A stretch of 64,000 nucleotides of DNA from Octopus sinensis (taxonomy: Eukaryota): contig NC_043006.1 in assembly GCF_006345805.1 (NCBI RefSeq), forward strand, positions 62,310,001-62,374,000, read 5' to 3'. A program made the translations under genes and the position numbers. Positions 39,291 through 52,324 of the stretch are shown in pieces. The notes below the pieces were generated by a model that did not search any database, was not told the DNA's origin, and saw nothing but the letters and a program-made list of their open reading frames with translations. Position 1 is the first letter of the stretch. Each line of letters begins with the position of its first letter.

Positions 39291-41224
39291 TTATTTTCAC
39301 TTGAAATAAGTGAAACTGAAAAACTTAAATTTTATATGTGCGTAAGTTATATTGTTTGTGTATATGTGTGAATCTCAGTGCTCGTGTTATTATTATATAC
39401 GTTTCGATTTCGAGCATCTGAGTCTCTAAACGTCTGACCTGAATTTCAAATTAATCAGGATATTTCGTCGGTTTGTTTCATGTTGAATAATTAATTAGAA
39501 TGAAAAAAAAAATCACAATTACAGACATTATAAAACTGTAACTAAAAAAAAAAATAAGCGAAGCTAATTGTGCAATTGTATTCAATCTTGAATCTATGTT
39601 GGTAAATGAGGAGGAGACGCTGCATGTTCAATTTCAGCCAATTGCAAGAACGTAAGTTCTAAAATATGATAATTATAAGAAGAGTGACAATATATCACGA
39701 CGCGTTAGGAACCTTAGTTTTGTTATTGTGTGATTTTAATCATATTCGGTCAATGGCTTGCATATCAAAACAAAAATGGAATTATTCACTTCAGTCCTTC
39801 CTCCTTGCAGAAATAATAGCCAAGTCGCCTCCAAATAATATTCGATCATTTTAGATATTATATAATATTATTTTATATTATTCTATATCTTTGTCACTTA
39901 CTCTTGAACGGAAACATAAAAGCGATTCTGTTTTGTTTTATCAAAATTGTTTCATTCCATCATATATATGTTTGTATGTCTGTGTACGTGTGTGTGTATG
40001 TGCATGTATCTGTGCATGACCGTATTTATGAATATTTAAATGAGTTGTATGTGTGTGTTTGAGCTGTCATCAATGGACATCATCATCCCCCCTTCTCTCT
40101 CTCTCTCTCACACACTCTCTCTAAATCAACATCGCAATATGCCGCTTTGGCAGATATCTGTACTCTAGCAAATACTCTCTTGTTTACAGACCAAGCCTCC
40201 ATGCTTTACGTTTATCTCTCATTCATTCCATCTGTATTTTTGTCGCTGTTATTTTAATTCTATTTGTATGGCACGCTTTTATCTCTTTCAGACCTATATA
40301 TTCGATCAAAATCTTTATTAATTTCTGTTACTCTATTTTTATTTCTTTATTTTACCGTATTTCCCCGAAAACTTTTACATGTTGCTATATATTCTCGCAT
40401 TTATAGCACTTTCTACATACGGCCATTTTACTATTTGTAAAGGGTATAAGTTTGACAAATGAATCTTCTGTCTGCTCCTATATAATGAGAAAACATGTAA
40501 AATTATTGCAGATTCTAATGTTTGACTGGCTATATTACTTCTTGATGTGTAGTCTAATCACTATGTTACTGCAAAATCATATTTATATAGTGTATATAAG
40601 AGTGTGTGTGTATATACGTATATATAAATGTGTGTGTGAATACGTCGGATGACGTAGAATCTCTCTCTTCTCTTACCAAGGCAATATACATGATTATAAT
40701 GTTTTTTTTTTCATTATAACAAATTAGCAACTAAGAAATATATAAAATAGATTTTTTAACAGTGAAACTTGAATTGGACAAAGCTATAAACAATTGCGCG
40801 TAGTGTATAGAAAATCGAAAATCTATGTTGGAAACCATTAAGCCAATGTCTTTTACTACAGCTGACGTTTCCTTGTTTTAACCGCATATTCCACACGCTG
40901 ATATTTATGGCTTCATGTATTTTGTACAACCGTTAGAAAATAATTTATTTTTTACAAAACAAACACACATACACACACGTACACTCATTCACTTTTCTCT
41001 ATTGGAAAAAAATTCTACATTTACGGTTTTCAAAAGATGCGTGCAATTATAATCTCAATAATACCACAATGATTCTAATGATCTCTTACATACACTCAAT
41101 ATCTCATATATGGGGCAAAGAAAAATACTCTATCATAGCAGTCTCGGTATTTGACTGTTGTTTTAGTTTGACGATCTTGGAGAGATGAACACAAAAGTTG
41201 ACCATGGCATGATTCACCCTTCAT

Positions 41225-41400
41225 CTTCTACGTTTCATTAGTTTCAGTCATTAAACTGTGGTTATGTTTAGGCACCGTCTTGAAAACTTTTAGGTCGAAT
41301 GAAGTGACCCCGGTACATTTTTTAAGCGTGGCCTCACTCTACTTTTACCGAACCGGTAACTCATGGGTCCTTAAACACTCCGACACTGGCTTTAAGACAC
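41225..41400 (-). mobile_element. Degenerate 3' fragment of SINE family 2
   Basis: GTTTCAGTCATT..ACTGTGG..ATG...GCACCG.CTT and TTTTACCGAACCG.TAA match the family 2 3' half. Confidence 0.55.
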
Positions 41401-41427
41401 GCACAACCCCCGCCATATATATCTATA

Positions 41428-41481
<54 letters not shown>

Positions 41482-43905
41482 GAAAATGCACCTAAATTTG
41501 AAAAACTTGTAATTGTTTTAAAATTTATTTATTTACATATATAGCAAACTAATTTCAACAATGTTTTTTGTGTATATATGGTAAAAATATAAAATTATGA
41601 ATTAGAAAGACATCTTTAAAAGTTTAAATGTTGAGAAATTAAAATGTTCATAACAGACGAATTTAGAATTGTGAATTAGAAAATCCAAGTTCAGAGTTTT
41701 CGATGCTGATAAGTTTAAATGTGCATAACAGTCAATTTATATTAAAATTGTGCATCCATTGTTTTGAATATACAAAGCTCATTAGTGTTAGTAGTGATCG
41801 ACAAGAAATGAATATCATCAAAGCTTCAGCCATTCTGATTTAGGAGGGAAAATACTAAAGGATAAATGGAGATAATAAAACAAGGGATTTGGTGTAGTTT
41901 CTCTGATCCTTTTCCGTCCTGTGTAGGAACTTTCGCTTGTAGTTGAGACGTGAGAATAGTGGTAAGAGCCGTTGAGATGTCGTGGAAGTCGTTGAGATCG
42001 TTGAGAATCTGTATTTATTGGACTATCGTGTTTAGTGGAATAATTTGAAGTACGTCGTGTGAAAACATCCTCGTGTAAGTGAACTCAAAATAATTTGTAA
42101 TTAAATTTATAGAACTAATGAGATATGTCCATTAGCATTAATAAAAATTAGTCCCAGAAGAAGAAAATTGAAAAAAAGCATCCTGAAATTTCAATTAAAA
42201 ATTAAATTAAATATTTTGTTATATAACAAATGTCTGATATTTGATCGTCATAGTTTCAACCACTGGTAATGTGTTGATTGTCAATGGCTGGCAAGTATTG
42301 ACAATGTGTACAGGTACCTTTTTGTCTAAAGCGTATTCCTGTTTTGGCAAATTCATATGATGGCCTTGGAACCTTTCTCTGTGGAGTCTTCTACAAGAAA
42401 ACCGTAACGTTAAATAGAGATTATCGTAATTATGATGGTGAATCATAAATTATTCTTAATTAATTCAAAGTATAACGCTAATGAGAGTTAAAGTCATTAC
42501 CGTTAATCAAATCCAAGATCTTTTTTATTGGCAAAACTTAGATTCGTATATGAAGCCAGAATAGTTTTCGTCTTTGACAGCTACGGTAAATTTTTAAATA
42601 TTAAATATTTTATCGATCTGCTTGGAACTATTTAATAAACAAATCCCATTCAATCACCGCCAAAGTAAAAGAATGACCAATAGGAATTATTTAGTATTTG
42701 GAAAATATTCACTGAAATAAATGGAAATAAATACTTTTTCAAGGGTGCAATCTGCATTAAAAACTTATTCCTTCATCAGATTTCTATAGACGATTTGGTA
42801 CGTATAATAATTTGTAATTAATTAAAATGAAAATCATAGTCTAAAAGAGTTACTAAGTGTGTCTGTACAACTTCACGTGATTATACCACCTCCGAGAAAT
42901 ATCAAATGATGCAGATATGCTTTTATTTACTTGGAGTAATTTTTACAGCGATGTAGCGCTCATCTTATTAATCAACCAAAGTGATTGCAAAACAACATTT
43001 CTCTGAAAATACTACATATACTCTCTGCTGAAATCATATTGTTCTAATGATTTCCTTCTTTCTAAAACCCTAGCAAGGTTATTACTACATCACGCACACA
43101 CACATGTGCGCACACATAACAATACAAGTATGTTCTGTATTTTAATAAAGATAACGGTAGTATTTTCTATGTCGTCCTTTGAGCTACAACAATTATCAAC
43201 CTAGGTCCCATAAAACTGTACCTTAAAAAGGTAGTACTATACATATTCGTGGAATATACACTGTCCTTAAATAAAATGGCAAGTTTGTTACGGTTGAAAC
43301 AATTTTCATCCTTTGTTGAGTCACCCGCAGCCAACATGGGGTTAAAAAATAACACATAAATTAATCGATTACAAAGTAATATGTTGAATTATTTGCAAGC
43401 TTCTACAGTCAACAATACTGGCAATGCTAATCACGATAACATATTCATTGACCTCAACATGGGTAGTATGAATCAAACAAATGAAAACAAACGATAATTT
43501 CTTCTGCTACATGAACGCTAAGTCTCGCTTACTTGCCAAATGGTTTTAAGCCAGCAGCAGAATAAACATTTGTCAGTTGTACAATTGACAACAATTATTA
43601 GGATTTCAAATGCGTAACTATGTCTTTGATAATTTGCTCCAAGCAGCTGTGTAGCGAAACACTTTATTTCCTGAATGTAACGTTTAGTTAAAATTTCCCC
43701 TACTTTAATGGTTCTTATGTTAAAAATCAAAGCGATAGAATAAAGAAGGCCGCAGGTTCCTTTGTAAAGTTTAAATCAATACTACAGCATAGATACAATG
43801 TTTCAGGTTCTATCTTACACATTAACTGATTGTCATCGACAATCGGAAAACCACTAGAAGAGTAATGTAACCATTACAAACTTTATACACACACGCACAC
43901 ACACA

Positions 43906-43947
<42 letters not shown>

Positions 43948-44019
43948 ACACACACACACATACATACATATATATATATATATATACACCTCTGAGCGAG
44001 GTATAAACAGTAGCTGCAC

Positions 44020-44270
44020 AACCCTTAAGGGTGGATGCTACTGTAGCGTGTAGCCCCAAGAGGACACCTCCTCCAGCTGGCTATTGACACACTTTCTGGG
44101 CCCTATGAGTATTGACACACTCGAGTTCGTGTGTATCATGTCAGATTGAAGATGGGAAGGATGGCCTCTCTTTCCAAATACTCATAGGGCACAGAAAGTA
44201 TGTCAATAGCCAACTGGAGGAGGTGTCTTCCTCGGGCTACAAGCTACAGTAGCATCTACCCTAAAGGGTT
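44020..44270. repeat. ~94-bp inverted repeat (44020-44113, 44177-44270), MITE/foldback-like, plus partial third arm at 44326-44364
   Basis: AACCCTT.AGGGT.GATGCTACTGTAGC..GACACCTCCTCCAG.TGGCTATTGACA..CCCTATGAGTATT and its reverse complement, about 90% identical. Confidence 0.9.
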
Positions 44271-44661
44271 AGCCACAATTCAGTAGCAAATATACTTCAC
44301 GATATATATATATATATATATATCGAGGAAAGTCACCTCCTCCAGTTGGCTATTGACACACTTTTAGGGATATAGAATGCATGCACATAAAATACATACT
44401 GAGAATCGAGTAACCTACGCTTGAAAGGGACTGTTTGAATCATATTACTCAATGATGCCATCATTACCAAGCAGTCTGAAATTGGTCCAAAGCGTAACCA
44501 AAGATATTCTGGAAATCGGCGTAAACCTTTGATTTTTTAAGATTATACCAATCATTTATTCACTTATAAAGTTTTGAGTTTTTTGTGATCTCATTGGTAA
44601 GATTAAACTAATGTTTCTATATGTAATGTAATTTCGTAAGAGTTTGTATGTTTGTAGTGTG

Positions 44662-44709
44662 GTTTAGTTAAAAGTGAACCGACTACAGTTGGTTCACTTT
44701 TAACCGAAC
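44662..44709. repeat. Near-perfect palindrome/hairpin
   Basis: GTTAAAAGTGAACCGACT-ac-AGTTGGTTCACTTTTAAC. Confidence 0.85.
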
Positions 44710-45999
44710 GATAGGTTATTTATCATTAGGTGTAAGTAGAGAATAAATATTCATTAATTTCTATAGTAGTATAGTAGTATAGTAGTATTATTAGACGCTA
44801 ATAATAACGATATACAGAACTATGCAGGCCTGTGTGAGCTAAACTTTATAAGTTTATCCCATAGAATTAAATTACTTGTTCAGTAGAACCTTATAATTCC
44901 AAATGAATGAATATAAATAGTAACTTTAATAAGTAGAAAAGCATGAATGAGTATATATTTATGAGAGTGAAAATTGTGAGCGTAGAATTGGATAAATATG
45001 TGTATATACACATATATGTACATTTGTGTCGAATGAATAAATATGTACGTTTAAATAGGCATTACGCAAGCAAATTTGTAAGTTTAATAGTCTCACTTAA
45101 TGGCTTGAAAAGCATCAGAATAAGATTGGGGTAGTGATACTATATATCTAAAATTCAGTCCTAAATTTACAGATACTAGTATTCTATTTAGTTAAGCAAG
45201 TGAGTATATGTCACTGATTTTCTTTGATGTAGAACGATAACACATACAAGATACAGGCAAGTGTTAAAGTTTATCCTTTTATTACATTCTTGTCTTCAAA
45301 TGATCTCTTTGCTTTCCTAAAATTGCAGACGTATACACCTATGTTTTTGATCTTTGAACAATTTGTTTCGATATGCAGATTTGGATAAGAAACATCGCAG
45401 CTTGCAGTGAAGCCTCTGAAATCTATAGAAATTATATAGTTATACTTAAAATTGAGAATATCACAGTCCTAACACAACAGTAAGATATAGGATTGACTTG
45501 TAAACCTTTAATATACTTGGCAGCATAGTACGGTTGCAAAAACGAAAGTGTTTCCTTACCAGTAATTAATAAGTATGTGGTTAAAGATCGAAAGTCTATG
45601 CTGTTCCTTTAACTTATATTTTTATCTTCCTTAATTCATTTTTGTCATTTCTGTTCCTCATTTGTATCTCTCTGACCCTCTTTTGTAGAATCATACTAAA
45701 ACAGTATTTCAGTATTTGTATAGTCAACGAACTAAAGATGTCATATCAGTGCTTAGACTGTAGTCGTGCGAGGATGCGCATATATACTGTTATTGTTGAA
45801 TCATATGAAATCAATATTGAGTATACGTGTAGCATTCAGCAATTAAGAGCTAATAATGATGCGTTGAAATAGGTATATGTAATTAATCCTGTTCAATCTA
45901 TCTTCCTGTATTATTTATTTTGCTTATATTCTACAGATATTTGCGGATTTCCACATATGTATCCAGTAACAGATATCCCAATCTATGATAACACAGTTC

Positions 46000-47070
46000 G
46001 CTATATCGGCGGCACAGTTGATTTCGAGCGCCGCTACTGAGTACACATGCATTCTTTCTCCGATAAAAATTCTAAATTATCTACCTTCTTAGCAACTCAT
46101 ATAGACAGCTTCAACCCCCAAAATGTTTCCTATACCCTTTCCTGATTCATCATATTTGATACGCCAACATAAAATGCAAACATCCGTATGTGTAAATTGT
46201 GTTTAAGAGAATTACTATGATCATTCGCTCCCACAACCTCTCATTACCTAATAGATTCACAGATTTAATACTCGCTAGTAAACACATATTCTACTCATCA
46301 TTTGCTAATTTTAAAAAATATATTTAATCTCATAAATATAATCAGGCCCATTTACAATTAGCCTTGAGGTTACCTTTGCAAATTTCTCTTATCCTCTATA
46401 TCCTATCTCCCTAACAGCCTCCACTACATCACAAGTGGTATTCTTCCCTATTCTCTCATTTCACATCTTCAACCAAAATCATTTAAAACTACTCTACTCA
46501 GTTAGGTACTAACCTATCGACTTATCCATCCCTTTCTATTCACCTTCTTGTATTCAATTTCATGCACCACTGCATACCCTAGTACTCCCTCACTATTACT
46601 AACCCTCCTTCATTATTGCACTAACCACGGCTGCATTGACTACCAGCTCACTCCCATTATCTTCTACCGTACCTTTTTACCTACCTTAGTAATCCTTCTT
46701 TGCCACTCGAGTAGACACTTCCTCTTCCTAAAAGAATCACCATTCCATTTCTCACAGTCTCAACTTCCAATAATTTTATAGCCACAATCCCTAAACTTTG
46801 AAATCTATACACACTCTAAACAGCAACTTAGCAACCTTCCATTATTTTCTATTCTACCTCTCCCATTTATTTCCCCACTTTCTACCTCCACTACCATCTC
46901 CCTTAATACCCTCATTATTAAACCACTCTCTCTTCCTGAACTACCTCTCCTATATCATCTCACTATTCTTCAAGATACCTATAATCCCACAGACCTTCCT
47001 GTTCTCTCATTCTAATAAAGCTAGCTCTCCATATTTAATCATTCCATATTTCAATTACATTATGATATAA
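46000..47070 (+). mobile_element. Probable very decayed LINE 3' remnant (RT thumb plus pyrimidine-rich 3' region)
   Basis: Strong C/T skew; fragments IIFD...NI, IIRS and LQLALRLP...LY resemble LG..FD..L.W..HI and ALR...LP. Confidence 0.3.
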
Positions 47071-47476
47071 AATTTAAGATCTTTACTTCCCTGATAATGG
47101 CGGCTTGTCTTATCCAATGTTGTTTGCTTCCATTACGGTCGCATATTGTGATGAACTATAGTAACATTTCAATGTATATCCAACCACCCAGAAACAGCTG
47201 CTGGACTTATAACACCTTACTTCCACCCGTTTAATTTTCTCTTCTCTCAATGACTTGGATCTATTAATATAAAAATCTATATATTTATTTTTAAATATTC
47301 ATCGTTTGAAAGTCTCCAATTTCTGCTTTCTCTCGTTTGCATGTATATACATATTTTGCATTTCATACCCAACCTGTTATATTTAATATATCTAATTGGC
47401 TTAGCAGCATAATTCTCTCTTTCCCCCTCTCTATCTTTTTCTTTGTCACTTTCTCTGTCGCTTTCTTTCTTTCTGT

Positions 47477-47522
<46 letters not shown>

Positions 47523-47970
47523 TACACACACACACATATATATATAAATGCATGTATGTATGTATGTATGTATATTAATGATTGCTCTATTTTCACAGCT
47601 GATTGTTTTCCCCTTGTTTTCGTCGTTGCCAATGGCAATTCTGCCTTTCCGACCTTAACCTCTCTGATCTGCATAGATCGAGGCATAGGTGACCGGCGAA
47701 ATTTGTGATTGAAGGTGTGCTTCTAACTGGTTAGGCCTTCACATGTCGTCACTATTCCATAGCCAAACAAGTAGATGCAATGACAAATGAGGTCGCCATT
47801 AAGAGACATTTGTACGCCATTGGTTTATATTGATAAACGCTTGTATAACACGCGAACTAGTTTCTATGTTTCCTATATAAAGGAAGAAATTTCCTCCGTT
47901 TTGCTGCTTTTCATTCTACGAAAAAGATGATAAATTGCGGAACTGTTATTTTAACGATTTGTAACTATTT

Positions 47971-48076
47971 ATCACCCGATGAGACACATGTGCACCACCG
48001 GAGGCTCCTGAACCAGTTGATAAGTGTCCAACCGGTGAAAGATCGGTACAAGATTTGTCGAAACAATTGTCATGAT
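47971..48076 (+). ncRNA. Type I hammerhead ribozyme motif (U4C variant, long helix II) in a Penelope-like fragment (~47850-48125)
   Basis: AUCAc-CCGAUGA-GACA[..ACCGG..CCGGU..]UGUC-GAAA-CAAUUG-UC-aUGAU; palindromic ACAAUUGU, GUC cleavage triplet. Confidence 0.7.
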
Positions 48077-49675
48077 TAATAAGTTAAATTCTTGTATATT
48101 CCATGTTTCGTCTTTTATTTACCATGCGTGTGCGTGTGCGTGCGCGCGCGTGTGTATAAAACAGGTAGTTTTTAGTGAAAACATGTAATGATTGAGGCTT
48201 AGATGAATAAAACCAGGATTCTGTGCCGCAACATGACTCCTATTCGCCTATCAACTTTTATATGTAGAATTTTGGAAGAATGCTTCTTTAAGCTTAATCC
48301 ACAATCTAGTTTCTTGCTACTGCAACGATGCGGAATTTTCTCCCTATAATGAAATCCATACCAAATTGGCACCAATGGAAAACGATAGAAGATAATCGAA
48401 TGTATTAATCCCTAAGCTTGTTAATACCTTCCAGACCGGTTTAAACATAAGAAATGAATGTTGATAATCGAGCATCAACATTTCGATGAAAATATTCAGA
48501 TTAATTCACAAGCAAAATACGGTTTGCTTTTGGACACACCTACGAGTAAAGTCGCTATGAGGTACATATACACAGATATAAATATACATGTGTGTGTCAT
48601 GTGTTTGTGTGTGTATGTGTGTGTTTGTTTGCCAGTACGTGTGCGTGTGTGTCCGTGTGTTAGTGTGTATGTGATTGTGTGTGTGTGTGTGTATGTGTTT
48701 GTGTGTATGTGAGTGTTTAAAAAACATATGTTCATTGTTTAGTCCGGCTTAGTCTAATCAAAACCACTAGCCTTCCTTGGAAACCTAACCTAACGAGGTT
48801 TGCTGTAAATTATACCTGAGAAACGTTACCGTATTTGAAATATGCGTTTATTTCCTTTGCATAATTCTGAAGCATAATCCTGAATAGAATTTAAGATTAA
48901 TTACTTTTAAGTGATACATTAATTTCATAGCATATTTTTATAACGATAATATATTGATGTACATATGAGTACTGCTGAAGTGTTTCCATTTCCTACCATG
49001 AAATATTTGAATGAACGAAAAATGTTCATTATAAAATCATGCTTGGGAAATTAATAACCGCTTCAAGCAGTGTTGCAAACACGTTGCCATGTCGCGTCTC
49101 CGGCTTCAAGAACAGTGGACAAGGATTTTGAATATATCACTTTGAAAATTTAATAATTCAACAGGAATATTAAAAATCCCTGATAGCTAGACGTTTAGGA
49201 AGTCACTGTGATTGCCGTGTCTGTATGGGACACAGGAGGCAATTATTATTTATGCTCTGCAATCGTGATAAAACGTTTAATTTCCATAATGCTACATATG
49301 AAAGTAAGATTTACAAATGAGATTATATTACTACATTATCAAGGGGATATATATCTCACATGCAGTAACAACAGCTATTAACTGTAATCATTTTGATTTG
49401 ACTCAATAATTCCCATCCTTTAGTTTTAATCCGAAAGATATTTCTTCAATAAAATTGCAATCGTTGTTCTAAGATAGAACGGCTAAATGTTTTAATGAGT
49501 AAGATGAATGAACGGTTAATTCAAGCAGTATTATGTATATGCATTTATACCAACTAAACAACAGTGAAAAGGTTATATCAATTCCCAAATGTACATTGTT
49601 GGATCGGAGAGCATCGAGTATTTAACAGGAGTTAATGTCAATTTAAATAATATAGATCTGACTGTGTTGTAATAA

Positions 49676-49768
<93 letters not shown>

Positions 49769-49775
49769 CGTGTGC

Positions 49776-49813
<38 letters not shown>

Positions 49814-50779
49814 ACACATGTATACACATACACATATATATATACACATTCATACACATACATGTATCTACAAACACACATATATACGTATATATGCGTG
49901 TATTTGTGTGTGTATGTGTGTGTTTGCATGCGTGCGCGTTGTAAGAATTGTTATGACACTACAAAATTAATTGAAATTAACATTACAATGCCTTGCTTCT
50001 CTTATACAAATGAGTTAATTTAAAAAGGAATTAATTATATATAACTTCATGACGTCATATCAAATTAAAGATGTTCATTTGATTGAGCTTGCTTCTCATT
50101 ATAGCAGCAAATGTCAACAACCTTCCTAAAGAATACGAGGAAAACTTACACCGAAGACAATTTAAGTTAAATTCACAATATGTATCAGTAACATACAGAG
50201 TAAATGTAAAACCACAGGTGTTAAAGCAGTATTTGAAACTTCCCAATATTGTGTAGTTAAATAAACACCATTTCATTTTTACACAAAAAACCCACATCTC
50301 AATTAATTTAAAATCGTTTCTCCGAATAACTGACCTAATTTTCCTTTCTTCATTATTTTTTCAGTTTTTATTACTTTTTGTTTTTTTCTTCACCAAACTT
50401 GCAACACTTTCTTCAAATACATATGTATTTTATGATTCAATTATATCTACGTTTGGAATTGGGGAACGTCACTTCTCTGCATAGAATTTGTTACATATTT
50501 TGAAATACGAGGTATGTCAATATATTGGCACAAAATATTGGTATTTCCAGTAAATATTAGGTTTACTAGAAAACTCAGTGTTAATCATATACATCCTATA
50601 ATAAAAGAATCTCGCCGTCTCTTATTTGGTCGTCAATTATGAAATTTGTAGAAAAGAAACAAGTTGGCTAATGTTTTATAAATACAAGAAATAGTTTTAT
50701 TCATCAGAACAAAATTTTGCAAGCCAATTTTATACTCTCTGCTGTGTAATAACATTAGAATGGAATACTTCATTAATAT

Positions 50780-52028
50780 TCTGTGCATTATTCACACAAC
50801 TGCATAGTGCATATACAACTATATTATATGCATAAGATTCCTAGAGTATGCCATTTAAAGTCAGTTTTATACTTCATCACATTTTGTACATGATCAAGGC
50901 TAAATGTTAGGTTAATCAGGGATTTTGCACTTCACAGTTGTTAATCATTGTAATCGATTTATGGACAAAACCTGTGATGCTGTATGTCCAAAAAAGAATT
51001 CGTATTTCAAAACTGCACGGATTTCCTACTTACTAATCTCTAAACAAATATAGCAAAAGCCAATTTATAAATACTATATAAAGCGCAAAAAGATTTAGAA
51101 TTAATACAAAATAGATGTCAGCTTTCTAACAAAAAAAAAAAAGAGATTGTCAAAATAAAATAATGCTCAGAATGAGCATCTGTCAAAGTTTACTACATAC
51201 CTTACTGCAAATGTCATACTTGACGACCTAATAATAAATGCGCTAAAAACCAGGACTGCAAAACAGGGCAACATTTTAACCTTAATGATAATGCTATGAT
51301 GTAATTGACGTCTGTACGATGCAGTTTAATGTTGATCAGCGTTAAGTTATATCTCAATTATAGATTTATTTAACTTACAAATGGATTATTTACAATTTGA
51401 TTTATAATTTTTACAAGTAATACTAACCTAAAATGTAAAGGTGTAAGAGAAATCACGTGTTTGTGCTTCATAGCTATTTTTAATTAGCAAGGGTGTAGAG
51501 AAAACGAGTCGAAACTGGTTTCATTTAGGGTTATTGCATTAGTATGATGGGTTCATGTTGGATCACATACTGATGGAAAATACGAGAATAGCAATACAAT
51601 TTTAAAAAGCCTTTTCAATGTTCAGTACTCATTCAAGCCCTAAACAGCGATAAATTATATTTTTTTTAAAGAAAGCATATAATCGAGAGAGTGGAAATAA
51701 TCTGTGGATTATTCAATATATCATTCTATATTGTATAAAACATTTATCAGTCACCACTGTTTAAAATTTTCAAATAGAACTGCTTTAGAATTAATTTCAA
51801 TTGGTTCCTTTGGCGTCAAGCAAAGCGCATTCAATTAATATCCTAATGATGAATTTAAGGTAGTAAAAAATGTAGGCTTTGTCCATAAATCGATTACAAT
51901 GATTAACAACTGTGAAGTGCGAAATCCCTGATGAAGTATAAAACTGACTTTAAATGGTATTCTCTAGGAATCTTATGCATATAATATAGTTGTATATACA
52001 CTATGCAGTTGTGTGAATAATGCACAGA
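50780..52028. repeat. Young ~155-bp inverted repeat around a ~900-bp spacer (arms 50780-50973 and 51874-52028)
   Basis: About 5 mismatches over 155 bp; the left arm has an extra 39 bp (50880-50918) bounded by ATCA microhomology. Confidence 0.92.
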
Positions 52029-52324
52029 GCGGTGGATATATTGTAGAGCTACAATGAATTATTTTCAACGTTTGAAGCTATGACATTCCTTATGTATAAT
52101 AACAGATGCTAGTGTTATATTCTTTGTTATTCAATGTACGCATCATACATTTTCCCTCCGATTTCTATTCATGGTCTTCATTCCGTTTATTCTATTGCCT
52201 CTTTATCTCATTGTTCAAATATGTTTTCATTTGTTCATTTCTTTTTTAGTTCTCCTTCATCATCGTGACCAGATTAATATTGTTCTTGTTGTTATTCATA
52301 TACACTCAACAGATTCTTCTGTTG

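Larger units (their letters stand above)
42219..45599 (-). pseudogene. Candidate decayed or lineage-specific multi-exon gene (exon-like blocks 45599-45560, 45422-45271, 44508-44400, 43670-43533, 42390-42219)
   Basis: Canonical splice-like sites (G|GTAAGG, TTTCTATAG|, TTTCCAG|, |GTATGT, ATTCAG|, |GTAAGC, TTTTCTTGTAG|), all on one strand with partly compatible phases; no ATG and no recognised homology. Confidence 0.25.

Noticed and set aside
50055-50297. Minus-strand ORF with a GTAAGT donor, as a possible first exon of the 42-45 kb candidate
   Set aside because: No homology or other support links it to the downstream blocks.
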